Below are positions 51,429 to 61,686 of a stretch of 64,000 nt of DNA, piece by piece. Both the position numbers and the translations under genes were made by a program. The stretch is from Paramoeba atlantica (Eukaryota; Protista; Discosea), in the NCBI GenBank assembly GCA_977017575.1, contig CDRNVI010000147.1, forward strand, positions 3,160 through 67,159. The letters are read 5' to 3'. The stretch's first letter is position 1; the number at the start of each line of letters is the position of its first letter. A model generated the notes under the pieces. The model worked only from the letters and a program-made list of their open reading frames with translations, was not told the origin of the DNA and did no database searches.

Positions 51429-54400
51429 ATGACACGCCTTTCTCGTACGTCTTCTCGTTTAGATTCCGAAAACACGCGGAAAAAGGGCAGCAGAACAACA
51501 GTGAACAACGGGAAGTCTCACGGGAGAGTTGAAAAACAACGTACTCAACGAGATCAAAGCAAGACGAACGGAATAAAGGTAGCAGAAGAATCAGGATCGC
51601 ACACGGAGACACCAGTGAAGGTGAAGAAGACTCCAAAGATCAAGATAATAGGTTCCAAAACACTAGCCCCGAATTGGGCGGACCATGAGCCTCCGTGTGA
51701 AATCACATCGCGGAATCTAATCAAAATCAAAGCCAAGAACTTCCGCATCGGATCTACGAGTCAATCACACGAGAACATAGCCCATGACGAAAACCATATC
51801 CAAGAGGACCCAGCCAAAGAAATGTCCGAAACAGAAAGCGAGACCAGTGATACAATGTGTCTGGACGACGATGGATCGACGCAAGATCGAGTACAGGAGC
51901 TAATGACACAGGCCGGCAACAAATCGCCCGACCAAGTGTACAACATCGTTTCCAAGTGGGGCAAGGGTACAGAATGTGTGATCGAATGGGGCTTCCGACA
52001 GAACACTACAAACTACAAGTCAAACGGCATCGTTGTAGGCAGGACCGTGCGAAAATCAACCGTGAAAGTCAAGATTTCATACGAGCCGGCTCTAGGTCAC
52101 GATGGTCCATGCGGTTTTCTTTATCTTCCACCGTCCAATAAAATCAGAATCTGTAACCTCCAAGCCACTAAGTTATTCAAAATCGAGATGCCGACACAAA
52201 ATTTGGAGGAACAAGCGGAGCACATCTCATGCGAAGACGGTCAGAGTGACCTTGATCCGCTCCCGCCTATGGCTCAAATAGGCCCATCTTTCGCGGTTCA
52301 TGTTGTGGCGATTTTCCGTGCGATAATTCGGGGATATGCAGCGGCGGAGCTTGACTCAGAAAAAGAGGCGATATGGCACAAATTTTTGAATGCGCCTCGC
52401 GATTCACTTGCGACAGTACGTCAAGCAATTCGACGAAACCAAAAAGTAGCTCATGTTCGCAACGACCGAGAAAACTTGGAAGCTAGCAACTTGAGTGCGG
52501 AACAACGGGCGGAGTTAGAAATTGACAGGCGTTCGATCAGGCACGCCCTACAGACGGCGCGGGCAGGAAACCTTGGCAAAGCAACTCGGATCCTGGACAA
52601 TGTCTACAAGGAATCAGCTCTCACTCCTGAAGAAAAAGTGCGAAAGCTTCAACAACTTCATCCTGAAGGCGACGCCATACGAATCCCGGAAGCAGACTTC
52701 CCACGGACTGGCGTTGTTGAGAAATCAGAGGTTCGCCTAGCGACCGAAAAATTATCCAGAGGCGCTTCACCAGGACCAACCGGCCTGAGTGAAAGCATGA
52801 TGCGACTGCTCGTAGACGACGAAGAGTCATGTCTTTCACTTTGCCACATGCTTCGGGATGTCATCAACGGCGAAGTTCCTCTGAATGTGCGAAAACGTCT
52901 AACCCGATGCAGAATCATCGCGCTAGCGAAACCTCAAAATGGAATTCGACCTATTGCGATGGGGGATACCATTCTGAAGATTTGCGGTTCCATCCTTCTA
53001 CAACGACATGAAAACGCTCTGCAAAATTTTTTCTCCCCAATTCAACGAGGCATTTTGCAAAAAAACGCATGTGAGTCCATCGTTCACGAACTTTTAAATG
53101 AATACGAAGAAGGACATGCTCTCCTCACCGTCGATTTTAGCAACGCGTATAATACACCACAACGCAACGCCATTGCTGAGGCACTCCTTGGTAATCCCAT
53201 TTTCAAGCCTTTCATGCGCCTATTCTACCTAGAATATGGGATTCCCTCTGAGCTGCTATTTTTTGCGCACAATGCTCTGTTTGCTACCATCGAAAGCTCT
53301 TCAGGAATTCGCCAAGGATCGGAACTTTCATCAATGTACTTCTGCGCACTTTTGCAAGGCCCGCTACGAGAACTCATGCACCTCTATCCTGACGTGAAGA
53401 TCCGAGCATACCAAGACGATGTGACTTTGAGCTCCAAAAACGTGCAAGCATTGGAGGCAGCTTTCTTTTACCTGCGTGAGATCGCCGCAGAGATGAACCT
53501 CCGAATTAATTTCCAGAAATGCGATTGGTTTCAGAAGAACATTCCCAACATAGCTCAGCCTCCTCCGTTGGAAAAACTTGGAGTAAACTTTTGCAGTGAT
53601 GCGATAAAAGTCTTAGGCGCATACGTAGGTACAGACCAAGTCGTGGAAAATCTGCTGATCAAGAAAATGGAGAAACACAAGTGCCTATTCCGCAGGTTGT
53701 TGCTTATGGGTCCCAGTAATTTGTCTCTTGCCATTCTCCGCCGTTGTACGATTCCACGGCACGATTACCATCTACGAGTACATCGGCCAGGCGCTACTTT
53801 CCAACTAGCACAATCCTTCGAGAACCAAGTAAACAAAGTTCTAGAAAAGTGGAGTGGAGCAGACGCAAACGCCCTGAAACTCGCCGCTCTACCACAGAAA
53901 CTCGGTGGCCTAGGCTTAATTTCCTCGACTCTGAAGCAGAAACATTTCTTCGAAACTGCCAGCAAATCTATATCGGAAGACGGTCAGAGGAGGTTTCTGT
54001 ACCTTGTTGCCTTGTTGAATTTTTACTACTTTGCTTTTCTTTCTTTTATGTCAGAACCTCCCCCGAGGGCGGCGCAAGGCACGCCGTCGCATCAGCAGCA
54101 GAACACTGCAGCAGTGAGGTCCACTGGCGTAAAGGAGCACAACTTGAACTTTACGGAACAAGCGAATAGACACGAGATTGGATCATGGGACCAGTTTGAG
54201 GCAAACAAGAAACTCATCCAAGACGCTAGCACGTACGACGACCTCATGTACACAACCCCCATTCCACAGCATATTCCCCTCAACTGGCAAAAGAAGATGG
54301 AACACAAAGCGCAAAGCATCGAGAAAAACCCAACGTCAGACCACGGCCGCCACAACACGAAAGACGAGGAAACCGCTTTTGCCAGTGTTCGGAGAAATGA

Positions 54401-57400
54401 AATTCTACGAAGAAGTCAAACTGGAGAGTCATCCTTGAAAATTAAGATCAGAAAAGAGACACGACTGAAGAAAACTCCGAAAAAGGTAAAAGTGATACTC
54501 CGTAGCTCTGATCTAACGAAGGCGAACCTCGGACAAGCGGACATGTCACATGACGAAGGATCGGAGAGCTCATCTGCATCAGGATCAGACATCTCGGAGG
54601 ACGATCGGGTGGCCGAGGTCGCCGAAGAAACAATGAAAGCTCCGGACCAAATACTAAAGATAATCAACGACTGGGGAAAAGGAACTACTTGCGAGCTACA
54701 TTGGAAATTCCGCCACAGCAGTGAGATTTATCAGTCGATTGGAGAAGTTGTTACGCGACATTCTAGAAAAGGTGCAATCAGGGTAAAGATTTCCTACACA
54801 CCGCAGCATCAGCCAGGTCCATCAGGATTTCTATATCTACCTGCATCTCACAAGATTAACATCTTCCGATTACGGGTGGTAAAGCTCAACCGTATTGTGA
54901 CACAAACGCCATTTTTGGATATCGAAGAAACACAAGATTGTGACACGGGATGCGACTTGGAGCCTCTTCCCCCACTCGCCCACATCGACCCCACGTTTGC
55001 CGCTCACGTCATAGCAATCTTTAGATCAATCCTGCGAGGATATCCCACGCTCAAGCTTATAACAGAGAAAACATCCGTCTGGCACAAGTTTCTAAACGCA
55101 CCCCGCGACTCACTCACCACTGTGCGACAAGCGATCCAGCGGAAGTATCATGTGCCAAACAAATTGCGCAACGAGGAGCCGGCGTTCTCCTCACCTGACG
55201 AGAAACTTGAACGTGAAGTCGACCGCCGATCAATCCGCAGTGCGCTTCGAACGGCTAGGGCTGGTAACCTAAGCAAAGCTACGCGTATCCTCGACAACGT
55301 ATATTTTGACTCGAACCTTAGCGTTGAGGAGAAAGTAGCGGAGCTCAAGAGTCTACATCCCGATGGAGAGCGCCCACAAGCTCAGACGGACGCAGACCCC
55401 CGAACAGGAATCATCGAAAAACACGAACTTCGGGCCGCGATAGAGAAACTGGCTCCGGGAGCTTCCCCGGGCCCTACGGGATTGAGTGAAGCCATGTTGC
55501 GCCTACTTGCGGATGACGAGGAATCCAGCACCGCGCTCTGCCATATGTTACGCGATGTAGTGAACGGGGAGATCGCATCGTCGGTGCGTGACAGACTGAC
55601 ACGATGTCGACTAATGGCCATCAACAAACCGCAGAACGGAATACGACCGATTGCAATTGGGGAGACTCTATTGAAAGTATGTGGCTCGATCCTTCTAAAC
55701 AGGAACGAAGAGAAACTGAAGAAATTTTTCCAGCCTGTCCAAAGAGGGATCCTCCAAAAGAATGCGTGCGAGGGAATTGTTCACGAGGTGCTCGATGAAT
55801 ATGACAAGGGACACGCCATCTTGGCGATCGATTATAAGAATGCCTACAATACCCCCACGCGTCAAGCAATCTTCGAAGCACTCAAGAAAGACGGCATCTT
55901 CAAACCTTTCATGCGGATTTTTAATCTTGAGTACGGGGACTCGTCTGATCTGCTCTTCTTTGCCAATAACTCGCTCCATTCGATCGTGAAGAGCACTTCT
56001 GGCGTTCGACAGGGCTCAGCGCTTTCGTCACTATACTTCTGTGCCCTGATACAGGATTCGCTCAAAGAAATCGAAGAGTCCTTTCCAGATGTAACGGTTC
56101 GAGCGTACATGGACGACATAACCTTGTCATCAACAAATCCCCTATCCTTGCAGACCGCCTTTCTACACCTGCACGAATCTTCACGACTTCTGGGACTGGA
56201 AATGAACTTCCAGAAATGCGAATGGTTCAAGAAAACAGACACTCCATGGACGCCCCAAACTCTGCAAGCGATGGGGGTAGCCTGCCCGCAAGAAACAGTG
56301 AAAATTCTAGGTGCATATATCGGACAGGACGAGATGGTAAGTGAATGCCTAAAGAAAAAGATGGACAAACACAAGTGTCTCTTTCGCCGTCTTCGACTCA
56401 TGGGACCGAGCAACCTATCCCTCGCAATTCTGAATCGGTGCGCCATCCCCCGTCAAGACTATCACCTCCGAGTACACAAGCCCGAAGCATCCCTTGAAAT
56501 CGCCCAGCAGTTCGACGCGGAAGTAGGCAGTATTATTCAGCATTGGTTTAATGCAACGGGCCCTACTGCAAAACTCGCCACACTTCCGCAATATCTCGGC
56601 GGACTCGGACTTACTCCGTCATGTTTGAAGCAAAAGCACTTTTTCCAAGCGTCTCGCAAAGCCATTGAAGAGCAATCCAAAACCAATAACGCTCCGGTGG
56701 TCATAGCGGGATCCAAGCGAAACAGGGCTCTGAACGAACGTGACAGCCAGAAGAATGATACTTCCAAGCGATTAGTCATGAAAGCAATACGATCTGAACA
56801 AAAACGATTTGCAACCGAGCTGAGAAAGGACATGCGCCTCAAAGAACTAATGGAGCGAGGATCCGCAACATTTCACCACCTGCAATCAACCAGCAACTAC
56901 ATCAATCCGTACCTCTTCCGTTTCTGTATAATGATGCGCCTGGGAATAGTGCCAGAAAATATGCCTAAGAGTGTGGTATGCCCGGGATGCCTGACAGAAT
57001 ATTCTTCTGATACCATCTTCCAGCACATTCCTGGATGTACACAATGCTGTGGGATAAATGCAACGAAGAAGCACACACGATTAGTCCGTTTCCTAGGTGA
57101 ATTGTGTGCCAAAGCAGGGGTGCCCCATGTTATAGAACCTCGAGTACATTCATCATTCTTCTGCACCAAATGTAAGGCCACCATATCCGAAGAGCTCTCT
57201 GAACATCACCCATGCAGAGCAAGACGTATGCGATCAGGCCCTGATCTCGGTATCATGTGGTCCCATCTCGGAGAAATTCTCTACGATGTCACCGTAGTTC
57301 ACAGTTGTGCCCCGAGCTATGCCAAAACCTCCGTCGAGCAGTTAATCCAAAATGCCCTTGAGCGCAAGCACAAAAAATACGTTGTACAAGGGGGCATACC

Positions 57401-57620
57401 GAAAGAAAGTTTCAGCTGCTTGGCAATGACCGAATTAGGACAGTTGCACAACAACACGAAAACTCTCATTGTCTCGCTCGCACAACGGTCACAACAAAAC
57501 GTGAAGGATGTCAAAGAAGCGTTCCAACTTGAAATAGAGAAGATGAACGCGTACACAATTGCCACGCAACTCCGACAATACTTTCCACCGATTCAGTGGC
57601 TCGGAGGACTTGAACACTAA
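51429..57620 (+). CDS. 2063-aa read-through ORF made of two CRE-like elements: 3'-truncated element A (51429-~53990) and complete element B (ATG 54048-57620)
   Basis: Two RT domains (AYQDDV, AYMDDI) and one RLE at the end. SL relics precede A (51385-51397) and B (53993-54017). Confidence 0.88.
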   Translation: MTRLSRTSSRLDSENTRKKGSRTTVNNGKSHGRVEKQRTQRDQSKTNGIKVAEESGSHTETPVKVKKTPKIKIIGSKTLAPNWADHEPPCEITSRNLIKIKAKNFRIGSTSQSHENIAHDENHIQEDPAKEMSETESETSDTMCLDDDGSTQDRVQELMTQAGNKSPDQVYNIVSKWGKGTECVIEWGFRQNTTNYKSNGIVVGRTVRKSTVKVKISYEPALGHDGPCGFLYLPPSNKIRICNLQATKLFKIEMPTQNLEEQAEHISCEDGQSDLDPLPPMAQIGPSFAVHVVAIFRAIIRGYAAAELDSEKEAIWHKFLNAPRDSLATVRQAIRRNQKVAHVRNDRENLEASNLSAEQRAELEIDRRSIRHALQTARAGNLGKATRILDNVYKESALTPEEKVRKLQQLHPEGDAIRIPEADFPRTGVVEKSEVRLATEKLSRGASPGPTGLSESMMRLLVDDEESCLSLCHMLRDVINGEVPLNVRKRLTRCRIIALAKPQNGIRPIAMGDTILKICGSILLQRHENALQNFFSPIQRGILQKNACESIVHELLNEYEEGHALLTVDFSNAYNTPQRNAIAEALLGNPIFKPFMRLFYLEYGIPSELLFFAHNALFATIESSSGIRQGSELSSMYFCALLQGPLRELMHLYPDVKIRAYQDDVTLSSKNVQALEAAFFYLREIAAEMNLRINFQKCDWFQKNIPNIAQPPPLEKLGVNFCSDAIKVLGAYVGTDQVVENLLIKKMEKHKCLFRRLLLMGPSNLSLAILRRCTIPRHDYHLRVHRPGATFQLAQSFENQVNKVLEKWSGADANALKLAALPQKLGGLGLISSTLKQKHFFETASKSISEDGQRRFLYLVALLNFYYFAFLSFMSEPPPRAAQGTPSHQQQNTAAVRSTGVKEHNLNFTEQANRHEIGSWDQFEANKKLIQDASTYDDLMYTTPIPQHIPLNWQKKMEHKAQSIEKNPTSDHGRHNTKDEETAFASVRRNEILRRSQTGESSLKIKIRKETRLKKTPKKVKVILRSSDLTKANLGQADMSHDEGSESSSASGSDISEDDRVAEVAEETMKAPDQILKIINDWGKGTTCELHWKFRHSSEIYQSIGEVVTRHSRKGAIRVKISYTPQHQPGPSGFLYLPASHKINIFRLRVVKLNRIVTQTPFLDIEETQDCDTGCDLEPLPPLAHIDPTFAAHVIAIFRSILRGYPTLKLITEKTSVWHKFLNAPRDSLTTVRQAIQRKYHVPNKLRNEEPAFSSPDEKLEREVDRRSIRSALRTARAGNLSKATRILDNVYFDSNLSVEEKVAELKSLHPDGERPQAQTDADPRTGIIEKHELRAAIEKLAPGASPGPTGLSEAMLRLLADDEESSTALCHMLRDVVNGEIASSVRDRLTRCRLMAINKPQNGIRPIAIGETLLKVCGSILLNRNEEKLKKFFQPVQRGILQKNACEGIVHEVLDEYDKGHAILAIDYKNAYNTPTRQAIFEALKKDGIFKPFMRIFNLEYGDSSDLLFFANNSLHSIVKSTSGVRQGSALSSLYFCALIQDSLKEIEESFPDVTVRAYMDDITLSSTNPLSLQTAFLHLHESSRLLGLEMNFQKCEWFKKTDTPWTPQTLQAMGVACPQETVKILGAYIGQDEMVSECLKKKMDKHKCLFRRLRLMGPSNLSLAILNRCAIPRQDYHLRVHKPEASLEIAQQFDAEVGSIIQHWFNATGPTAKLATLPQYLGGLGLTPSCLKQKHFFQASRKAIEEQSKTNNAPVVIAGSKRNRALNERDSQKNDTSKRLVMKAIRSEQKRFATELRKDMRLKELMERGSATFHHLQSTSNYINPYLFRFCIMMRLGIVPENMPKSVVCPGCLTEYSSDTIFQHIPGCTQCCGINATKKHTRLVRFLGELCAKAGVPHVIEPRVHSSFFCTKCKATISEELSEHHPCRARRMRSGPDLGIMWSHLGEILYDVTVVHSCAPSYAKTSVEQLIQNALERKHKKYVVQGGIPKESFSCLAMTELGQLHNNTKTLIVSLAQRSQQNVKDVKEAFQLEIEKMNAYTIATQLRQYFPPIQWLGGLEH

Positions 57621-57858
57621 TCTGAATTTCCTTTCACTTACAACCTCTATTCGATTTGATAAAATTCCCCGTCATCTACGTTGATATCATCTCATGATCT
57701 AAGTTGATATTAACTTATTTCAGATAAAGAGCTCACGGAGAGTATTGCTGCTGTTAATGTCTGTACTTTTCTCAATATGCTTTACAATAGGAGGAACCAA
57801 GGAGTGAATTTTGTTTGTTTGGAGTGAATTTTGCTTGTTTTAATAGTTTACTCATTAT

Positions 57859-58683
57859 TCATTCTTTATATTCTTGGTAGGTGTTCTTTATAAAAAGTGT
57901 GTTCTTTATAAAAAGTGTGTTCTTAAGCTTGTGAATTTTATTAAGCAAAGAATGTAAAGTCACTGGAGGCAGTAGTTTTGTTCGCTCCCGCCCACCTCCC
58001 CACGCCGTGTGCCGGCGAACACCCACTCGTAAGTCAGGAAGTACTGCCGGGCCATCTCCTAAAGGTCCTCGCCGGTGTTCTCGGTACGTGGCAGCCTCGA
58101 GAAGAGAAATGAAACTTCTGAGAATAGCGTCAGGATCCTGCTGATTGTTGTTGTTATTGTTCATGATGAAAAGCAGAACTGAGTAAAAAGGAAGCGCTGA
58201 GACTTTTATCTGCTTTGATGGTGGTGGTTTAAGTTTTCTCTCGTGTTTTGACCCCGAGTGTGGGCTAGATTTGATTCGAATAGCTTCTTGTGTCTGACTT
58301 GAATTGGGAGAAGCTCTGGGTCGCAGCTGCATTCCGTTTGAAAGCTTCTTTATGACTGGAGGTTCCTGCGTTTTAGAGGCTGTCACACTGGAATACTTGT
58401 CCTCTTCGTCTCGATGCTTATCGTGTCCTTGATCCGGCGTTGTGTCTACACCTATCTCTTCCACGACGCGTGTTAGTTTCTCGTTCCACTCTTTCGATGT
58501 GTGTGCGGGTATGCCTGTTGTATAAAGCAAATCGTTGTATGTACTTGGCTTGTTGTTCGTGAGTTTTTCGTTAGCGGCAAATTGGTTCCATGATCCGAGT
58601 TCATGCCTGTTAGCTTCTCTGGTGAAATCAACATTCTGGTCTTCGTAGTCGCGTTCTCTGCAGGTGAATTGACGCGTGAACAT
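57859..58683 (-). pseudogene. SL-headed 5' fragment of a CRE-like element with an LsmAD-like domain
   Basis: SL relic at 58716-58732 (minus), ATG at 58683; GSWNQFAANEKL..STYNDLLYTT..RDEEDKYSSV; no RT. Confidence 0.75.
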
Positions 58684-59210
58684 TCGGTTTTTGAATAGAA
58701 TAGATATAATGAAATCAACAAGGTACAGAAACAACGGCTAGGGGGGACCTTCGATGAATCTTCGTCGAAGGTGTTTTTGACTTTTTTTGACTTTTTTTCT
58801 GTATTGTTAGATAACGTCCCGCCCACCCACCGGCCCCCGCGCCGGCCAGGCGCGATGCCCTATCGTATAGTTTTGATTTTTTTTAAGACCCTTTCTTTTG
58901 TTAAGACTTTTTTTGACTTTTTTAACTTTTTGTTTTTGAACGAATTTTTCCATTGGCTGTTGAAAACACGTTGCATGAAACATATAATTTCATTTTAATT
59001 TCAATAATTTTTTGTTTTTTTGTCTGAATTCTGACTTTCCGTTTTCTTTCACATTTTGGCTTGGGGGTACGTTCGTTGATTTCTCAACGAACGTACCCTG
59101 TGACCGTAAAAAATCTGCAGGACCTTAGAGGGAGGAGGAAGAAAGGCCCAACTGATAACTACTTGATAATCTTGACCAACTACCTTGATAACAAATTTTA
59201 GTACCCATTC

Positions 59211-59400
59211 GTGGGAAGCAATTTGCGAAGCCCAACTACCTTGATAACAAATTTTAGTACCCATTTTGGCCGCGCGGGGGCCCCCGCGTGAGCGGGGGTG
59301 CGCGCGGCCGCGAAACGGCGAGGGCCCGCGTGAGCGGGCCTGAGCCGTACCCCGCGTAGGGTTCCCCTGTGCGTCGTTAGTGGGAAGCAATTTGCGAAGC
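59211..59400 (+). repeat. 190-bp GC-rich module, copy 3
   Basis: Same 21-bp direct repeats and core as 9294-9483 (one substitution noticed). Confidence 0.92.
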
Positions 59401-59411
59401 TCACTGAATTT

Positions 59412-59566
59412 CGTTCTTTCGGTTCTCCCCTATACAGCGCACATGTTGGTATTTGCTTATAACCATCCCACAACGGCGTCCCTGTCGCTATTCTGCGCAT
59501 CTTATTGACTTCTGTGTCAAGTATCTTTAATTCTACACCTGTCGGAATCAAAGAGGCTAAACCGTT
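59412..59566 (-). pseudogene. Duplicate fragment of the RTE-like RT tail (same as ~60760-60910)
   Basis: Identical IPTGVELKILDTEVNKMRRIATG...RGEPK coding sequence. Confidence 0.85.
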
Positions 59567-59831
59567 ACCTTAGGTAATGCAAATAAGGCGCCCCTTGACC
59601 AAAAAAAAAACCACTCTATCTTTTGAGGGTGGATATAAAAAAAAACACATCACACATTCCAAAAATTTGACCGAATGGCACCCACCCTAGTTTCTTAGTA
59701 CCTTGTTATATATTCGGTACCGGGCGGTGCCACCCATTCTGCATTGTCGGAAAGTCCATCATAATGACCCAGTTGATATGCGCGACGGTAATTGTGCCAG
59801 AAATTCCATGTATGCTCGGAGTGTACGTGTA

Positions 59832-61165
59832 CTATGAAAGATACTTCTCTTGACCAGTTGATAATGCCAATAAGAAAGTTGAAAGCTCTGCCCGTATTGG
59901 TGTTGCGTTAATAGAGTCCAACGTTTTGTCGTTAGTCGCTAGAATCTCGTTTCCTTCGAAGGCTACAGCACATGCCCCTGCGAATATATTGTTCGAAAGC
60001 TTTCTCACTGAACCATCACAATATATATGAAGCAAGTTGTTATGGGGCCAAAGTGTCTCACCCTCCTCTTGAAACTGCAATGCGTGCCATTTTTCCAGAG
60101 AGTTTTGATTCGATTGCAGAATCTTTGCAACTTCTGCTATTCTTTTAGTTGAATCAAAAGGATTATAATAGGCGATAGGTTCTAGTCGTTGGTACAAATT
60201 CTGAATAAGATTACGCCAAGAACATCGATCAAGTGCCCGTTCGTGCATTTCTATTGGATCTATTGCTAGATCCTGGGCACAAGCTTCAGACAATGAGCGT
60301 ATGCGTGCCTCTTCCCTTATGTTCCATAATGCAACATTCGCAAAAGGGGAATCATGCCGCAAAAGAAAGTCGCAACATATGTGGACTCCAATTTAATTCC
60401 GCGCGAGCAATTCGTATGCCTACCGCTTTTGACAGGTGGTGCCATGAACAAGAGCACTATAAATTTCCTCCATAGCCTCGCGGATGCAAACGGATTCGAA
60501 CGCCGTCATATTCTTGAGGACTTCAAGTTGCTTCTTCAAGAATTGAACGGAGCTCTCCTGGCTTCGCAACTGCGAAAGACAATGCAATAAAACAGGTCAT
60601 CTCATATTACAAGATGTTATTATTACAAGATTTTATCATTACTAAGATCACTATCAGATTACAACCAAACATTAAATGGCATTTTCCATACTTCATCTCA
60701 TGGTCTTAGCAAAAGGTGTCCAACTAGTTTAGCGCGGTTGACTCTCAGGAGCGTTGAAACTTTCGGTTCTCCCCTATACAGCGCACATGTTGGTATTTGC
60801 TTATAACCATCCCACAACGGCGTCCCTGTCGCTATTCTGCGCATCTTATTGACTTCTGTGTCAAGTATCTTTAATTCTACACCTGTCGGAATCAAAGAGG
60901 CTAAACCGTACGACAAAACTGATGTTACAAGAGCATTAAATATTCTCAGGCTCTTACAAACAGACTTCCAAAAGACACGCCCCACAGCTACACCCTTCAT
61001 ATTCATCCCGAGGTTAACGCCAACCAGTGCCTCGAGGTCCAACCGAGCAGAATGGGATTTTTGGCGCTCAAGATTAGAACACGAGAGATGGAGGATATTA
61101 ACTCCGCACTGAGATCGCGCACTGAGGACTTGTGTCTGCCACTTCCGCAGGTTTGTGTATTTGTA
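59832..61165 (-). pseudogene. Degenerate RTE-like element (RT tail plus partial RNase H), interrupted by a CRE fragment
   Basis: LRIFNALVTSVLSYG, KLVGHLL, SLSEACAQD..DRCSW, IYCDGS, RAELSTF. Confidence 0.78.
60354..60590 (+). pseudogene. C-terminal fragment of a divergent CRE-like RLE domain
   Basis: FVCL..TGGAM..FLHSLA..FKLLLQELNG..ASQLR aligns by eye with the C-termini of 47027 and 54048. Confidence 0.6.
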
Positions 61166-61328
61166 AGTTATGATTTTATCTTTGTAAACTTATGAGGCAA
61201 TAGTTTTAAGAATCCTTCCGCTTTTTGATAACTTTTCGGATTTCTTTTTGTCTTATGGATCAAGGTAGCAGCCAGGAGCATGATGCAGACCGAAACGAGC
61301 TTTTTTTTTACAAAAAAAAATTGTGTTT

Positions 61329-61473
61329 TCATTCATCGAACGGGACATCCTGTTCGATGAATGATTCATCGAACGGGTCGTACTGCAATCCATTCATCGA
61401 ACAGGATGTCCTGTTCGATGAATATTCATCGAACGGACAGTGCGTTCGATGAATATTCATCGAGTGCCCCCCC
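61329..61473. repeat. Cluster of inverted ATTCATCGAAC/GTTCGATGAAT motifs (multi-palindrome, TIR-like)
   Basis: At least eight alternating motif copies read directly. Confidence 0.85.
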
Positions 61474-61686
61474 TCCCCATGTTCTCATAATCGGTTTCGT
61501 CAACTTCCGGATGAGTAATCTTCGCGCTCACGGAAAGCTAAGAGAAACGTGAGGACTAGTCTGCGTCCTCCCGCAAGTTGTGATGTAAAGTCGATAAGAA
61601 GTTGATGTGCGAGATGAACTTATCGAGTCACGTAAAAAAAAAAGACTTTGTATTAAGTTCGGTTCTCATTTCGTCGCAATATACAT

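Larger units (their letters stand above)
58741..61473. mobile_element. Possible second TIR-bounded composite (Pack-type) element
   Basis: Left GGGGGGACCTTCGATGAATCTTCGTCGAA vs right revcomp GGGGGGGCACTCGATGAATATTCATCGAA; no TSD found. Confidence 0.45.
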
